A stretch of 64,000 nt of DNA. Origin: an uncultured Gammaproteobacteria bacterium (GTDB taxonomy: Bacteria > Patescibacteriota > Microgenomatia > Levybacterales > UBA12049). Below the pieces are notes generated by a model, which saw only the letters and a program-made list of their open reading frames with translations, was not told where the DNA came from and searched no databases. A program made the position numbers and the translations under genes. Location: the NCBI GenBank assembly GCA_964416445.1, contig CAYQEE010000002.1, forward strand, positions 42,691-106,690, given 5' to 3'. The stretch's first letter is position 1. The number at the start of each line of letters is the position of its first letter. This document shows positions 20,708-34,619 of this stretch, one piece after another.

Positions 20708-22102
20708 TTACTCTTTATTTAATTTCCAGTGTCTTTCATCTTCCTGTTTCCAGGCTGTTTTTTCTTGCATGTGCCATCCTAGATCTTGCAAAACTGAACT
20801 TAATGATTTATGAGTTAGAGAAGTGATAATCGTTTGAAACCCTAGTTTTTTAGCTTCTCTCGTTCTTTTTTCAATTCCACCTACCCCACGTAATTCTCCT
20901 AATAACCCCACTTCTGCTATTCCTACTGTATTAGTAAGTGGTTTATTTTTCAAGCTCGAAAAAACTGCTAAACATATACCCAGATCTATTGCCGGATCAG
21001 ATACTTTTAACCCTCCAGCAACATTAACAAATACATCCATATTCTCTAAAGAGATTCTACATTGTTTCTGAAGTACGGCAAGAAGAAGTTCAAGACGTTT
21101 ATGATCGATTCCTGAAGCTACTCTTCTCGGCATTGCTAACTTCGAATAGACAACTAGTGCTTGTATTTCAATTAAAAAGGGTCTTGTACCTTCTAGTATA
21201 ACAACAAGAATTGAACCTGGGACAGATTCTTCTCGTTTCGTTAAAAATAATTGTTCTGGATTTTGGACTTCATTCATTCCTTCTCCCTCCATAACAAAAA
21301 CACCTACTTCATCTACAGGACCAAATCGGTTTTTTAAACTACGTAACAATCTCGTTTTAGTAAATTTTTCACCTTCTAAAAAGATAACGCTATCCACCAT
21401 ATGAGATAGTACCATTGGACCTGCAACCATTCCTTCTTTCGTGACATGACCAACAATTATTATTGGGATTCCCAACGATTTTCCAATTCTAATTAATTGT
21501 GTTGCTGCATATCGTACTTGCCCAACCGAACCAGATAATCCTGAAAGAGCCTCAGATTCTACTGTCTGAATTGAATCAACAACGACGATTGATGGCTTTT
21601 CCTTTGCAATAGCTTCAACAGCAGTATCTACATTTGAAAGAGAAAGTAATAAAAAGTTGTTATTATCAAGGTTTTGCGTAATTCGCAATGCGCGCAACTT
21701 AATTTGTTCGACAGATTCTTCACCTGAAATATAGAGTACTTTTTTACCTCTTTCTGCTATTTTTAGACATAATTGCAGTAATAAAGTTGACTTACCAATA
21801 CCGGGATCTCCAGCCAAAAGTGTAATAGAACCGGGAACAATACCACCGCCTAAAACATTATCCATTTCCCGATACCCTGTCTGAATTCTTTCCACTTCTT
21901 GTAAATTAATATCTTTTAGAGTTTTAGGAATAAGTGATTCTACGGACAGAGAACTATTTGAATGTATGTTCGTCTTCTGAAATTTTGGTTGTTGAAACTC
22001 TTTAAAAGAATTCCACGTATTACATTCAGGACATTTACCAAGCCATTGAGGGCTATCGTAACCGCATTCTTGACACACAAATGATATAGTAGTTTTAGGC
22101 AT
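20708..22102 (-). CDS. radA: DNA repair protein RadA/Sms
   Basis: N-terminal C4 zinc finger (CQECGYDSPQWLGKCPECNTWNSF). Walker A GDPGIGKST. KNRFG motif. Lon-protease-like C-terminal domain. Confidence 0.9.
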   Translation of the reverse strand: MPKTTISFVCQECGYDSPQWLGKCPECNTWNSFKEFQQPKFQKTNIHSNSSLSVESLIPKTLKDINLQEVERIQTGYREMDNVLGGGIVPGSITLLAGDPGIGKSTLLLQLCLKIAERGKKVLYISGEESVEQIKLRALRITQNLDNNNFLLLSLSNVDTAVEAIAKEKPSIVVVDSIQTVESEALSGLSGSVGQVRYAATQLIRIGKSLGIPIIIVGHVTKEGMVAGPMVLSHMVDSVIFLEGEKFTKTRLLRSLKNRFGPVDEVGVFVMEGEGMNEVQNPEQLFLTKREESVPGSILVVILEGTRPFLIEIQALVVYSKLAMPRRVASGIDHKRLELLLAVLQKQCRISLENMDVFVNVAGGLKVSDPAIDLGICLAVFSSLKNKPLTNTVGIAEVGLLGELRGVGGIEKRTREAKKLGFQTIITSLTHKSLSSVLQDLGWHMQEKTAWKQEDERHWKLNKE

Positions 22103-22160
22103 ATAGACTATATTGTACTACTAACAGCCTCGAAGAGCCAGCGGAAGAAAAATAAATATA

Positions 22161-23255
22161 TTATCGATAGGTTAAGGGTTTCTCGAGAAGAACTGGAGTT
22201 AAATAAACTCTATGTTTTTTTACATCAGTTTGACTCACGGTTAATGTGACTTTTTGACCTATCTCATATTTTGTTGTAGGTGGGATTTTTTCTTTTCTAA
22301 TAAACCCTTCTATACCTTCTTCTTCCATATCAATGACGACGCCAGTATCGCTAATCTTAGAGACTGTCCCTGTCACTTTCTGGTCAACTTTATATTGCTT
22401 TAAGATTTCTTCAAATGGGTCATTTGTTAACCGTTTAATTGATAGGTCAACTCTTTTTGCACTTGAATCAAAACCAACTACTTGAGCTTCAATAGTATCA
22501 CCTATTGCATAAATTGCTGCTAAATCTGAAACTTTATCCCATGAGACTTCTGATATATGAATAAATCCATCAAGAAATGTATCTTTCTTTTCTTTATCTT
22601 TAACCTGAATACTGAGAAATAATCCAAAAGGAGCAATATGTGCGACGATCACTGATACTTTTTCTCCTATTTTTAAAGATTTTGCAAGCTCATCAAAATC
22701 TTTAGATCCAAGCACGGTTTTTTGGGAAACAATAAGCTTATGTGTTTCAGGATGGATTTCTGCAATCATGACATTAAGAGTACTTCCAATAATTTCTTGG
22801 GTGTTTTGTTGAAATGATATGTGGGAATTTGGTAAAAATCCATCTAAACCTTCTTTGGTTTCTACAATATATCCTCCCTTAGTTGCATTCTTGATCATTA
22901 CATCAATTTTTTCATGATTTTTTTCTGTTTCAATAAGCTTATTCCACATATTACTGTCAATATACTTTCGGAGAGATACTACTGAATTACCCGTGTCAGA
23001 TTCTGGATTTAAAACGGTTACCGTTACTGTATCCCCAACCTTTAAAAGAGACATCATTGCTCGAATATATTTTCTTTCTTTCTCTAAGACAACTGCTTCG
23101 GTTTTTGCATTAATATCAAGTAATATTTCACTTGGAGTTAATTTGGTAATAACACCTTTAATTTCTTCTCCCTTATGTAATGTAATGAGTGGTGATTTAT
23201 GACTGGCCATTAATTCGGCCATTGAAGATGCACCTTTAGAAGATTTTGTATTCAC
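22161..23255 (-). CDS. rpsA: Ribosomal protein S1-like (short form, 4 S1 domains)
   Basis: 364 aa of repeated S1/OB-fold modules (…GEKVSVIVAHIAPFGLFLSI…; …GDTIEAQVVGFDSSAKRVDLSIKRL…). Confidence 0.6.
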   Translation of the reverse strand: MNTKSSKGASSMAELMASHKSPLITLHKGEEIKGVITKLTPSEILLDINAKTEAVVLEKERKYIRAMMSLLKVGDTVTVTVLNPESDTGNSVVSLRKYIDSNMWNKLIETEKNHEKIDVMIKNATKGGYIVETKEGLDGFLPNSHISFQQNTQEIIGSTLNVMIAEIHPETHKLIVSQKTVLGSKDFDELAKSLKIGEKVSVIVAHIAPFGLFLSIQVKDKEKKDTFLDGFIHISEVSWDKVSDLAAIYAIGDTIEAQVVGFDSSAKRVDLSIKRLTNDPFEEILKQYKVDQKVTGTVSKISDTGVVIDMEEEGIEGFIRKEKIPPTTKYEIGQKVTLTVSQTDVKKHRVYLTPVLLEKPLTYR

Positions 23256-23373
23256 GATTCATGTATACCTTTCGACTTAAGATAAAACTATTATACTACT
23301 AAAATAGTTGAGACGCAATTGATGAAATTACTTTTTACTAAAAAATAGGTTTTTTTATATGATACTTATACAA

Positions 23374-23403
23374 AAAATCCCGCTTAATAGCGGGATTTTT
23401 ATG
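23374..23403 (-). terminator. Rho-independent terminator downstream of 5S rRNA (minus strand)
   Basis: Inverted repeat aatcccgc-ttaata-gcgggatt. On the minus strand it is followed by a U-run (…GGGATTTTTTGT). Confidence 0.6.
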
Positions 23404-23421
23404 TTTTTGTACTTAAGTTCT

Positions 23422-23535
23422 CCGGCCTTGACCCATTGTCCCGATGAGCTAGGCTCACAAGTATCGTAGGCGCTGAAGTGTTTCACTTCTCTGTTCGGAA
23501 TGGGAAGAGGTGGTGCCACTTCGCTCCAAAGACCG
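23422..23535 (-). rRNA. rrf: 5S ribosomal RNA
   Basis: The minus strand reads CGGTCTTTGGAGCGAAGTGGCACCACCTCTTCCCATTCCGAACAGAGAAGTGAAAC…GGGTCAAGGCCG. It contains the universal CCGAAC…GAAGTGAAAC motif. The 5'/3' ends pair as helix I (7 bp). Confidence 0.85.
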
Positions 23536-23599
23536 AAAGACTTCAGTACAAAAACAATTACAAAGAGTTGAAGCTCTCTGAAAAGTAAAGAGAAGAAGA

Positions 23600-26880
<3,281 letters not shown>

Positions 26881-27002
26881 AAATGTTAATATGCATTAAC
26901 ACTAAAAAGACCTTCTTCTCCTCACTTGTCAAAGAGCTTCTCTCATTATCATCTAAGGTAAACCCCCTCTTTCTAGGGGGCTTGCCCTAGATGATACTTA
27001 AG

Positions 27003-27075
27003 TGGACCGGAAGAGATTCGAACTCTCGACCTTCGCGATGCAAACGCGACGCTCTACCAGCTAAGCTACCGGCCC
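27003..27075 (-). tRNA. tRNA-Ala (anticodon UGC), at the 5' side of the 23S gene
   Basis: Minus-strand sequence GGGCCGGTAGCTTAGCTGGTAGAGCGTCGCGTTTGCATCGCGAAGGTCGAGAGTTCGAATCTCTTCCGGTCC. Anticodon loop UUUGCAU gives UGC. G3:U70 is present. Confidence 0.85.
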
Positions 27076-27307
27076 AAACGCCATAATACTTCCGATCCAA
27101 ATTAAAAATTTATTTTTCAAGCGGAAATCAATTTAAATTATGAGACGATATGAAGACCCTACTGCGGGATTACAAAATATATGAAAAGACTTCTCATAAA
27201 ACGAATTGAGTTTCCATGAATGATAGTAGCACAGGATTTTGAGGCTGTCAACGGGGAAAAATTATTTACTTTATCTTAACGTTTAGAATATACTAATTAT
27301 ACCATTT

Positions 27308-30300
27308 ATGATTGAATTAGATCAAGCTCCCGCACCAAAACCACTAGCAAAACCAGCAAAAGTTAAAGTAAAACCAATATCCGAAAGAGTAACTACAAGC
27401 GCTCGTGATACATTAGAGAAAATGTTTGGATTGGCTCCATTACTCCCCGCGCCGACGAAAACTCCTGATAAAAAAAACAAAAAACCACCTGAGGTGGATA
27501 TTACTCGCCAACCTACACAAAAATTGCCAAGTATAGATATCGAAGACCAACCGACTCAAATCTTACCACGTATAGATATGACCCGCCAACCTACACAAAA
27601 ATTGCCGAGTATAGATATTGAAGACCAACCGACTCAAATCTTACCACGAATTGAGCTATCTCTCCCTCATACTAATGAAGCTCCTGTACAGTTTGATTAT
27701 CCCCCCCTGCCACCAATGGAACCGCATCATCCCGAGAATGAACCTATTCAGCAAGAAGAACGTTTTCCAAATATGGATAATGAATACATGCAAAAGGCAC
27801 AGCAATATCTAGAGCCTGTTATGTTAGCACCAGCTTTAGAATCTACCTTTCAGTATCTTTCAGAAACAAGAGACCTTGATTTTGATTTTAACTCTGAACG
27901 ATATAAACAAATCCATGAAATTACAGATAAAATGAGCGAAGGATTTTTGTTTAAACCCAGAGTGGTTATTATGCGAAAAGGCAACGATGCATTCATTGGA
28001 TCTGATGGCACTATATTTCTTGCTCAAGGATTAATAAATAAACTTGATACGTTAGACGAAGTTGGAGCAGTTTTAGCTCATGAAATTAATCACCTTATTC
28101 ATATGGATGTTTGGCGTACTAACTCAAATAATGCACGACTATTAGATTATGAGGCCGTCGGTTGGTTACAAGAATTTGCAGCCGATATTGGAACAATGAA
28201 ACTCTTGGAAAAAGCTGGTCTTTCATCAGATGCATTTCGGACTGCAATTATGAAACTCGATTCAACAAAAGGTTTTACGCACCAAAGTGGTGGCATGCGT
28301 GCATTAGAAGTACAATTAGGACATGAAATTTGGAATTATGACACGAGTGATCAACCGCAACAACCAATGCCTGAGACATGGAAACAGCAAAGCAGGCTAA
28401 CAAACCTCGAAATTATAAATAATGGGAAACATAAGAGAGATTATGGTTACTACCCTGACGGAAAAAATCCAGAGGTATTTGCCGCATTAGCAAAGTTACA
28501 TAGAGTAGATTTAGAAAAACTTTACTCGCAAGATAATCGTCTTGATTATAACTTTGGGGAAAGTGTCATAAGATTTTTGTCTGAACGATTACGCACATAT
28601 GGATATACCGAAAGTCAAATCCTCACTTACTTTAGTTCATCATTAAAAGATGTAAATTTTGCAATTATAAAGGAGCCAGAACAGGCGGTTGACGTATTTG
28701 ATCATTTACATGAATATATTAACGATAAAACAAATGAAAAAATAGAAAACGACCTTTTTGGAATAAAACCGAACAAATGGCGTGAGGCAACAACATTTCC
28801 ACTTGCTAGCCTTCTTTATAAGCTTATGAAAAATATAAAAGTTGGGAATTCTTGGCACTCAGAAGAATTGCCAGTTACCGAAGATAGTTTTATTCATATC
28901 CTCCAAAAAATCTCAGAATTTGAAAAACTTAGTTTTGGTATTACTGCTGAAACGTATATTACAAAAGCAGTTCTTGAATTTATAGATTCCGAATTCTCTC
29001 ATGGCTGGTGGGAGAATGGAAAGGAAGTTAATTTACCAAAGACAAAAGCGTTTTTATACAAATTAAAGGCTGCTCATATTCCCATAAAAACAGAGCAAGT
29101 AATTAGCAACTATCAACTTGATTATGGTCTCTTAGCACGACATCATTTTAGAGATACTGATTATCTGAATATCATTGATTTTTTGGAAACAGAGTATGAA
29201 GGAAAACCTCGGACAAGTATTGAAGAGAAAATTGATACATTTTTCCAAGATATGTCTCGTGGACCAAAATCTCAAGAGGATATCAATAAACAAGGAGCTC
29301 AAGTAAAGGATTTTTTGTTGCGACTTAAGTTTGATTTTAATCGGGAAGAGATTCCTGAACATATCCGAATTACGTATATAACAGATATTTTAACTCGAAT
29401 TAATGGATCAAATTATGCAGTATCTGATAATATGGTAAAGTATTTAAAAAATAACTTTCCATCGGTTATCAGTTCTGGCTTAACTCCACCAGAATTGCTT
29501 TATCATAATCAGACACAAAATGGCGATACATTTATTATTTCACCTGATATGCAGGAAGATCTTATCACTTTATTAAAACCGGAGAATCTTGAACGATATA
29601 ATCAAAAGATTCAAGCAAATATACAAAAAATGATTAAATTTAACTTACAATTAATGACCATTAAAAGTCTCTTTAAAGAGGATTCACAAGGATACTACGA
29701 CACAATAGTCAAAATAATGAACGAAAGTGGTATTAACAGTAACAATATAGCTTTCTCTGAACTAATGCATTTATCCAGCCCACTTTTTAAGAATGATAAA
29801 TATTTTAACAATTATCAATTATTATTATCGGGTGGAAGTTTCGATAAAAGTGTTGCCTCAGTAGACTGTAATAACTATGATCTTCTAACACAACTACCAT
29901 TTATAAAAGACCTCATCGATAGAAATAAAGAAATTTCCGTAAATTCTATGGACGAACTCTATAATTATACAAATAATCTTACTATGTCTTTAGAAGGTAT
30001 ACCCGGTTTTCGAAGGGAATTATTTTCAGATTCTCTAACTACGTTAATTATCACAAAACCAATTCAAGAGGCATACTTACGATTACTAAAGCAAGGGATT
30101 CCTGAGAATCAACTCTCTGCACAATATAAATTTATTCGTGATTATTTTCCTGAAGACCCCGGTAAAAAGGGCTTTTTAAAAGAATACAATTTAAAAATCC
30201 TTTCATCCCCTAGCCTTTCACTCCAACATAAAATAAATCATTTACGTGAGAATATTCGATACATTGGACCTGAAGGACTTATTATTCTTGGTGAACAAAT

Positions 30301-32671
30301 ACAAACTATTGAAGAATACCGCCAATTTCGATACGCAATGGGTGAAGAAATTAAAAAATATTTATCTCCTTCTTCACTTTTAACACAAATAGCAGCAGCA
30401 GACTATTTATCAATGTATTTTAACCGGGGATTTGACTTGATCGCCTCTTGTGATTCGTCAGATGAAGCAAAAGTTCGCGAATCAACAAAGTTAGCCGAAG
30501 AATGGGTAACAAATTTCTTTACCCGTGTGTACTATTCTTCAGAACATCTTGAATATTTACATCGAGAAACAACAAAAGTTGAGTATGACCCTGTTAGTGG
30601 AAAAATCGTCCTTGATGATATAAGAAAAAAAGTATTCCGCTCATATCATGATCTTCTTAATATTTTACATGATTTAACACCTTCACAACGTTTTGCAATC
30701 GCGAGCAAATTACTTGTGGAGGAACCACATGGAGCACTCGTTACTTCGGAAAATAGATCTAAACTAGCAACCTATTTGAATGATGCTTTGCAAGCAAAAG
30801 GATTTATGAAGATTGCTCTCGAACAGGCAATTATTAATGGCGATCAAACACTTCTCGCTTTACCTGCTGCTGCAATGATTGGTCCATTACTATTTACTGG
30901 CTATGATGAACAAGCAATTAATTATTCAAAAGTCATGCAGACTGAAGTTGAAGATCCAACTCCAGAACAATATGCAAAAATCCCTTTTAGTAATCTTATT
31001 CCGAATCAAAGAATTCCCTCACTTATGCAATCAACTACTCAAGATATCGTCTTCTTTGGTAGAGAATATAAAAATTATCCACAATCAGTCGTTTACCAAT
31101 TGGCTGAAGGATCTCGAGAACGATATTACGAAATTTATGCATATCTTGAAAAACAAACACGAAATTTAGCAGGAAAACCAGAAACCCCTGAAAAACAAAC
31201 AGCGAGTTATAAAGGTGTCGAAGCAGTAATTAGTGGGATCCAAAAAGCGAGTGCATTAGGCGTACGGGCACTTCAATTAACAAGTCAATTTTTTCATTTC
31301 TCCTCTCCAGAATTAAACAAGCGACTCGCTGAAAGTTTTGATAATAATCCTGGTATGAATAAACTTGTTTTTTGGGAAAACTTATATAAGATGGCAGAAG
31401 ATGGTAAAACGAATCCAAAATATAAATTTTATGAAGACTTTGTCTGGACAGACCATAACGAACCTACGAAAGAAGGAGAATATAAACTGGTAAGTATTGG
31501 AGACGCACTTGGACAAGGAAGCTTATTTACTACTCGAGCAGCAAAAATAGTAGACCGGAATGGAAATATTAAAGACGTTGCTCTCAAGCAATTAAATCCG
31601 AATGCAGTGAAACATATCGAGGATTATTATAAATTAGGTATGAATACACTTGAACAAGTTATACTCCATGGTACTCCCGAAGAAGTTTATTATGCAAATA
31701 TGGCAAAAATGATTCTCGATTTATCCCAAAATTGGTGTTTAAAAGATATTAATGATAAAGATTTTGATAAAAATGATGAATTATTTAGAAGTGCAATCAT
31801 AGCTGTTTATAACCAACAAGAAGGAAATAATGCCGTTTTTGCTCCTGTTGTATACTTCAATCAATTTAATATGCAATGTGAAGAACTTGTTAGTAATGGA
31901 GTAACATTAAATAAATTTTTGCATAGCAATAAACCAGCTGCAGAAATCAAAAAAACAATTAATCAAGTTGTTAACTTCTATCAGTTTCAAATGCATGCAA
32001 AACCTGCTATGCAAATTGAAGGAAAGGATCATTACATTGTTCATTCAGATCCAAATATTGGAAATTTCATAGTAGGAAGAGATGACAATGCTGTAGCCGT
32101 TTTGGATAGAAGAATGTATCTTATTTTAAATGATACTCAGATGAACGTGGGAAGAAAAGTCCTCGAAGGTGCTTCACGAGAAGAACTATTTCAAGCTTTT
32201 ATTGAAGCAGTTTGTGAAGATAATAATATTCGAACTCCTGAAGAGAAACTAATAATTTCACGAAATGTATTATATTCCGTGGGAAATCATTTGGGATTAT
32301 CTGCAGCAACTTTAAAACGAGAAGAATCTTTTTCTGAAAAACTATCATTATTCGGTAGTTCGCTTCGTTCCATGCCAAAAGGTATACGTTCTCTTTCCGG
32401 AGCGATGAAACAACTCAATGAAACAGCATCTGATGAAACAGAACCAAATAAAGTTCAACGAGCATTGAGATTACAAAGAGAGCTAAATAAACTAAAAATT
32501 CTAGGAAAAAGAATAAGTAGAAAAAGTGTCAAATCTCTTGATTCAATGGAATTTCTCCAAATCGCTGTCGAAAAATTATCTCAACAACAAATACATGTCT
32601 CATTAAATACCCAGCTTGCTGTGAGAAATGCGTCTGCTATGAGAGAATTGCAACAAAGATATGCTGCGTAG
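27308..32671 (+). CDS. Giant (1787 aa) mosaic protein: low-complexity repeat N-terminus, M48-like zinc-metalloprotease motif region, C-terminal ABC1/UbiB-like atypical kinase domain
   Basis: …VVIMRKGNDAFIGSDGTIFLAQGLINKLDTLDEVGAVLAHEINHLIHMD…QEFAADIGTMKLL has the M48 HExxH + ExxAD pattern. C-terminal …SIGDALGQGSLFTTRAAKIVDRNGNIKDVALKQLNP… matches a Gly-rich loop/VAxK. …HSDPNIGNFIVGRDDNAVAVLDRRMY matches the ABC1 motif HADPHPGNxxV…DfG. No signal peptide or TM helix seen. Confidence 0.6.
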   Translation: MIELDQAPAPKPLAKPAKVKVKPISERVTTSARDTLEKMFGLAPLLPAPTKTPDKKNKKPPEVDITRQPTQKLPSIDIEDQPTQILPRIDMTRQPTQKLPSIDIEDQPTQILPRIELSLPHTNEAPVQFDYPPLPPMEPHHPENEPIQQEERFPNMDNEYMQKAQQYLEPVMLAPALESTFQYLSETRDLDFDFNSERYKQIHEITDKMSEGFLFKPRVVIMRKGNDAFIGSDGTIFLAQGLINKLDTLDEVGAVLAHEINHLIHMDVWRTNSNNARLLDYEAVGWLQEFAADIGTMKLLEKAGLSSDAFRTAIMKLDSTKGFTHQSGGMRALEVQLGHEIWNYDTSDQPQQPMPETWKQQSRLTNLEIINNGKHKRDYGYYPDGKNPEVFAALAKLHRVDLEKLYSQDNRLDYNFGESVIRFLSERLRTYGYTESQILTYFSSSLKDVNFAIIKEPEQAVDVFDHLHEYINDKTNEKIENDLFGIKPNKWREATTFPLASLLYKLMKNIKVGNSWHSEELPVTEDSFIHILQKISEFEKLSFGITAETYITKAVLEFIDSEFSHGWWENGKEVNLPKTKAFLYKLKAAHIPIKTEQVISNYQLDYGLLARHHFRDTDYLNIIDFLETEYEGKPRTSIEEKIDTFFQDMSRGPKSQEDINKQGAQVKDFLLRLKFDFNREEIPEHIRITYITDILTRINGSNYAVSDNMVKYLKNNFPSVISSGLTPPELLYHNQTQNGDTFIISPDMQEDLITLLKPENLERYNQKIQANIQKMIKFNLQLMTIKSLFKEDSQGYYDTIVKIMNESGINSNNIAFSELMHLSSPLFKNDKYFNNYQLLLSGGSFDKSVASVDCNNYDLLTQLPFIKDLIDRNKEISVNSMDELYNYTNNLTMSLEGIPGFRRELFSDSLTTLIITKPIQEAYLRLLKQGIPENQLSAQYKFIRDYFPEDPGKKGFLKEYNLKILSSPSLSLQHKINHLRENIRYIGPEGLIILGEQIQTIEEYRQFRYAMGEEIKKYLSPSSLLTQIAAADYLSMYFNRGFDLIASCDSSDEAKVRESTKLAEEWVTNFFTRVYYSSEHLEYLHRETTKVEYDPVSGKIVLDDIRKKVFRSYHDLLNILHDLTPSQRFAIASKLLVEEPHGALVTSENRSKLATYLNDALQAKGFMKIALEQAIINGDQTLLALPAAAMIGPLLFTGYDEQAINYSKVMQTEVEDPTPEQYAKIPFSNLIPNQRIPSLMQSTTQDIVFFGREYKNYPQSVVYQLAEGSRERYYEIYAYLEKQTRNLAGKPETPEKQTASYKGVEAVISGIQKASALGVRALQLTSQFFHFSSPELNKRLAESFDNNPGMNKLVFWENLYKMAEDGKTNPKYKFYEDFVWTDHNEPTKEGEYKLVSIGDALGQGSLFTTRAAKIVDRNGNIKDVALKQLNPNAVKHIEDYYKLGMNTLEQVILHGTPEEVYYANMAKMILDLSQNWCLKDINDKDFDKNDELFRSAIIAVYNQQEGNNAVFAPVVYFNQFNMQCEELVSNGVTLNKFLHSNKPAAEIKKTINQVVNFYQFQMHAKPAMQIEGKDHYIVHSDPNIGNFIVGRDDNAVAVLDRRMYLILNDTQMNVGRKVLEGASREELFQAFIEAVCEDNNIRTPEEKLIISRNVLYSVGNHLGLSAATLKREESFSEKLSLFGSSLRSMPKGIRSLSGAMKQLNETASDETEPNKVQRALRLQRELNKLKILGKRISRKSVKSLDSMEFLQIAVEKLSQQQIHVSLNTQLAVRNASAMRELQQRYAA
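27506..27661 (+). repeat. 78-bp perfect-to-near-perfect tandem duplication (2 copies) in the 5' part of the 1787-aa gene
   Basis: cgccaacctacacaaaaattgcc[a/g]agtatagatat[c/t]gaagaccaaccgactcaaatcttaccacg appears twice in tandem. It encodes TRQPTQKLPSIDIEDQPTQILPRI ×2. Confidence 0.85.
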
Positions 32672-32682
32672 ATTACCTCATT

Positions 32683-34605
32683 CTAAAGTGCTTGGATAAT
32701 TTTTTTCACATTCGTAGTATTCAATTCGTCACTAAATCTTTTATATTCTTTGAATGTAGGTTTTCGATGCTTTCTGCGTTCATATTCAGCGACAATTTGA
32801 TCTAAGTTAGCTTTCCTCATTCGAAAATCACTACTTGAACGCATTTTTTGAAGAGTTATATGTAATGGCTCACCTATAGGGTATACCCTTTGCGCATATT
32901 TATCTGTAGCATATGAGTTACGTCCCAGGAGTACTTTATACAAACGACTCACATCGGCAGTTTCACCTAAAGCATTTCTTTTTTCTGATCTATCAAATTC
33001 GTCAACCATAAGATTTTCTGATAATTGTGTAAAAGAATAACGAGCAAGTACATGATCTCTAATCATTGACACAACATCTACCCATGCATGATCTGTATTG
33101 TAATCTGCTCTTCCTAATGCTTCATTTCTTAAAAGACGCATATCTTCACGAAGTTGGGTTATCCAGTTAGCATTTTCCGCATCATAAAGTACATGTTCCT
33201 GAGCCATACGTCCTCGAATATCAGCTAATTGAACTCCTTGGGGGATTTGTTTATAGAGACGATAATAATAGGCGAATCCCCAGGGATCAGGTTTTCGATG
33301 TGCTTCTTGTTCATACAGATGTTCCACTTCTTCCTTTTCTCTTATATTTTCCGCATGTTCAGGCCTAACGATCAACTGATCAAATAAAATGCCTAACGTT
33401 TGTGGACTACCTCCAGGACCACCGGAGAGAAAATTTCGAATCTCAGGAATTTGTAATGCAGCACGTCTATTTGGTAATCGAATACCCAATAATAAGTCAT
33501 ACATTTGAATTGCTTCATCAAGATTAATCATATTTTCAGCTCTCTGCAACGAACCACCGCCGAGAAAATTATCTGATTCATCAAAATTATTATCTGGATC
33601 CATTGCAGTTTGATGATCTCTAAAAAATTTATGCCAAACAAAACCATCTCGCGCATTTAACCCATCACGAAATTGTTTACTTCTAATAGCTTCTTCTTGT
33701 ATTTGTGCAAGTGTCATCCCTTGCGCTTGCTTTTCAAGCATAAGTGCTTCATCCTCTTGATCTAAAGGCCATGTTTTAAAAAATCGATACCACGACGTAA
33801 ATGCACTATCATCATTCCGTATATGCCAAGAATCCGCGCCTAAAATCTTCCCTTCAGTTTTTACCGGAGGTACTGAGCCATGCTGTTCCATCATTGAGGT
33901 AATTAATTGAACATCACGCTGTTTCATTCTTTCCATCCCATCATCCGTTGCTGCTTCATGAACCATCCGAAGACAGTTCGCAGCAACGACGGTGAAGTCA
34001 CTAATATGCATTGTTTGTCCAAAGGCAGGGAGAATATATTGATGCTCTAATTTTGCTTCAAGATCTAAAATATCAAGTATTTCTCTTCTCATAATCCAAC
34101 TTTCATCTAAGCTTTTTCCCGGTACTAAATTTTCTAAAGGTAACGCATTAATTCTTTCATTATATTGCTCGGGAGTTTCCACTCCCCTTGGAGGAAACAG
34201 ATGAACAACTGCGCGTAATTGCTCAGGAGATAATTGATGATACCCAGTCCGAGCAAAATACTCTCCAATCGCATACGCTGCATGAGAATACACTTCCCCA
34301 GATTGTACCGCATTTTCTAATTCAGGAGATAATTGTTGCAACCAATTACTATCTTGTTGGTCATAGGTAAAAAGTGCTTTTTGATCTTGAGGTCGTGGAT
34401 ACAAATGAGAATTAATCTGTTGTGCTGAAAATTGTTTGTCTGCCGCAGCTTGTAACGCGTTTCCCCATCCTCTACCCCGCTCATCTAATGATAGATTTGC
34501 ATTTATACAAGTTTTTATGCCAGTATTAATTTTCTCCGTTAAAAGATTTTCTCGATGTATCAACTGTGGACCAGTTTCTACGCCTTGTGATAAAAAATCA
34601 GACAT
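32683..34605 (-). CDS. Hypothetical 640-aa protein, paralog of the adjacent 510-aa protein (shared ~250-aa N-terminal domain)
   Basis: The two are alignable by eye, e.g. AAYAIGEYFARTGYHQLSPEQLRAVVHLFPP vs AAFAILEYFLRSDYHNLNEEQINSFSSMFPP, and ESWIMRREILDILDLE vs ETWVMRREILDMLEVS. No known domain recognised. No TM or signal. Confidence 0.6.
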   Translation of the reverse strand: MSDFLSQGVETGPQLIHRENLLTEKINTGIKTCINANLSLDERGRGWGNALQAAADKQFSAQQINSHLYPRPQDQKALFTYDQQDSNWLQQLSPELENAVQSGEVYSHAAYAIGEYFARTGYHQLSPEQLRAVVHLFPPRGVETPEQYNERINALPLENLVPGKSLDESWIMRREILDILDLEAKLEHQYILPAFGQTMHISDFTVVAANCLRMVHEAATDDGMERMKQRDVQLITSMMEQHGSVPPVKTEGKILGADSWHIRNDDSAFTSWYRFFKTWPLDQEDEALMLEKQAQGMTLAQIQEEAIRSKQFRDGLNARDGFVWHKFFRDHQTAMDPDNNFDESDNFLGGGSLQRAENMINLDEAIQMYDLLLGIRLPNRRAALQIPEIRNFLSGGPGGSPQTLGILFDQLIVRPEHAENIREKEEVEHLYEQEAHRKPDPWGFAYYYRLYKQIPQGVQLADIRGRMAQEHVLYDAENANWITQLREDMRLLRNEALGRADYNTDHAWVDVVSMIRDHVLARYSFTQLSENLMVDEFDRSEKRNALGETADVSRLYKVLLGRNSYATDKYAQRVYPIGEPLHITLQKMRSSSDFRMRKANLDQIVAEYERRKHRKPTFKEYKRFSDELNTTNVKKIIQAL

Positions 34606-34619
34606 ATCTTCTTATTCCG

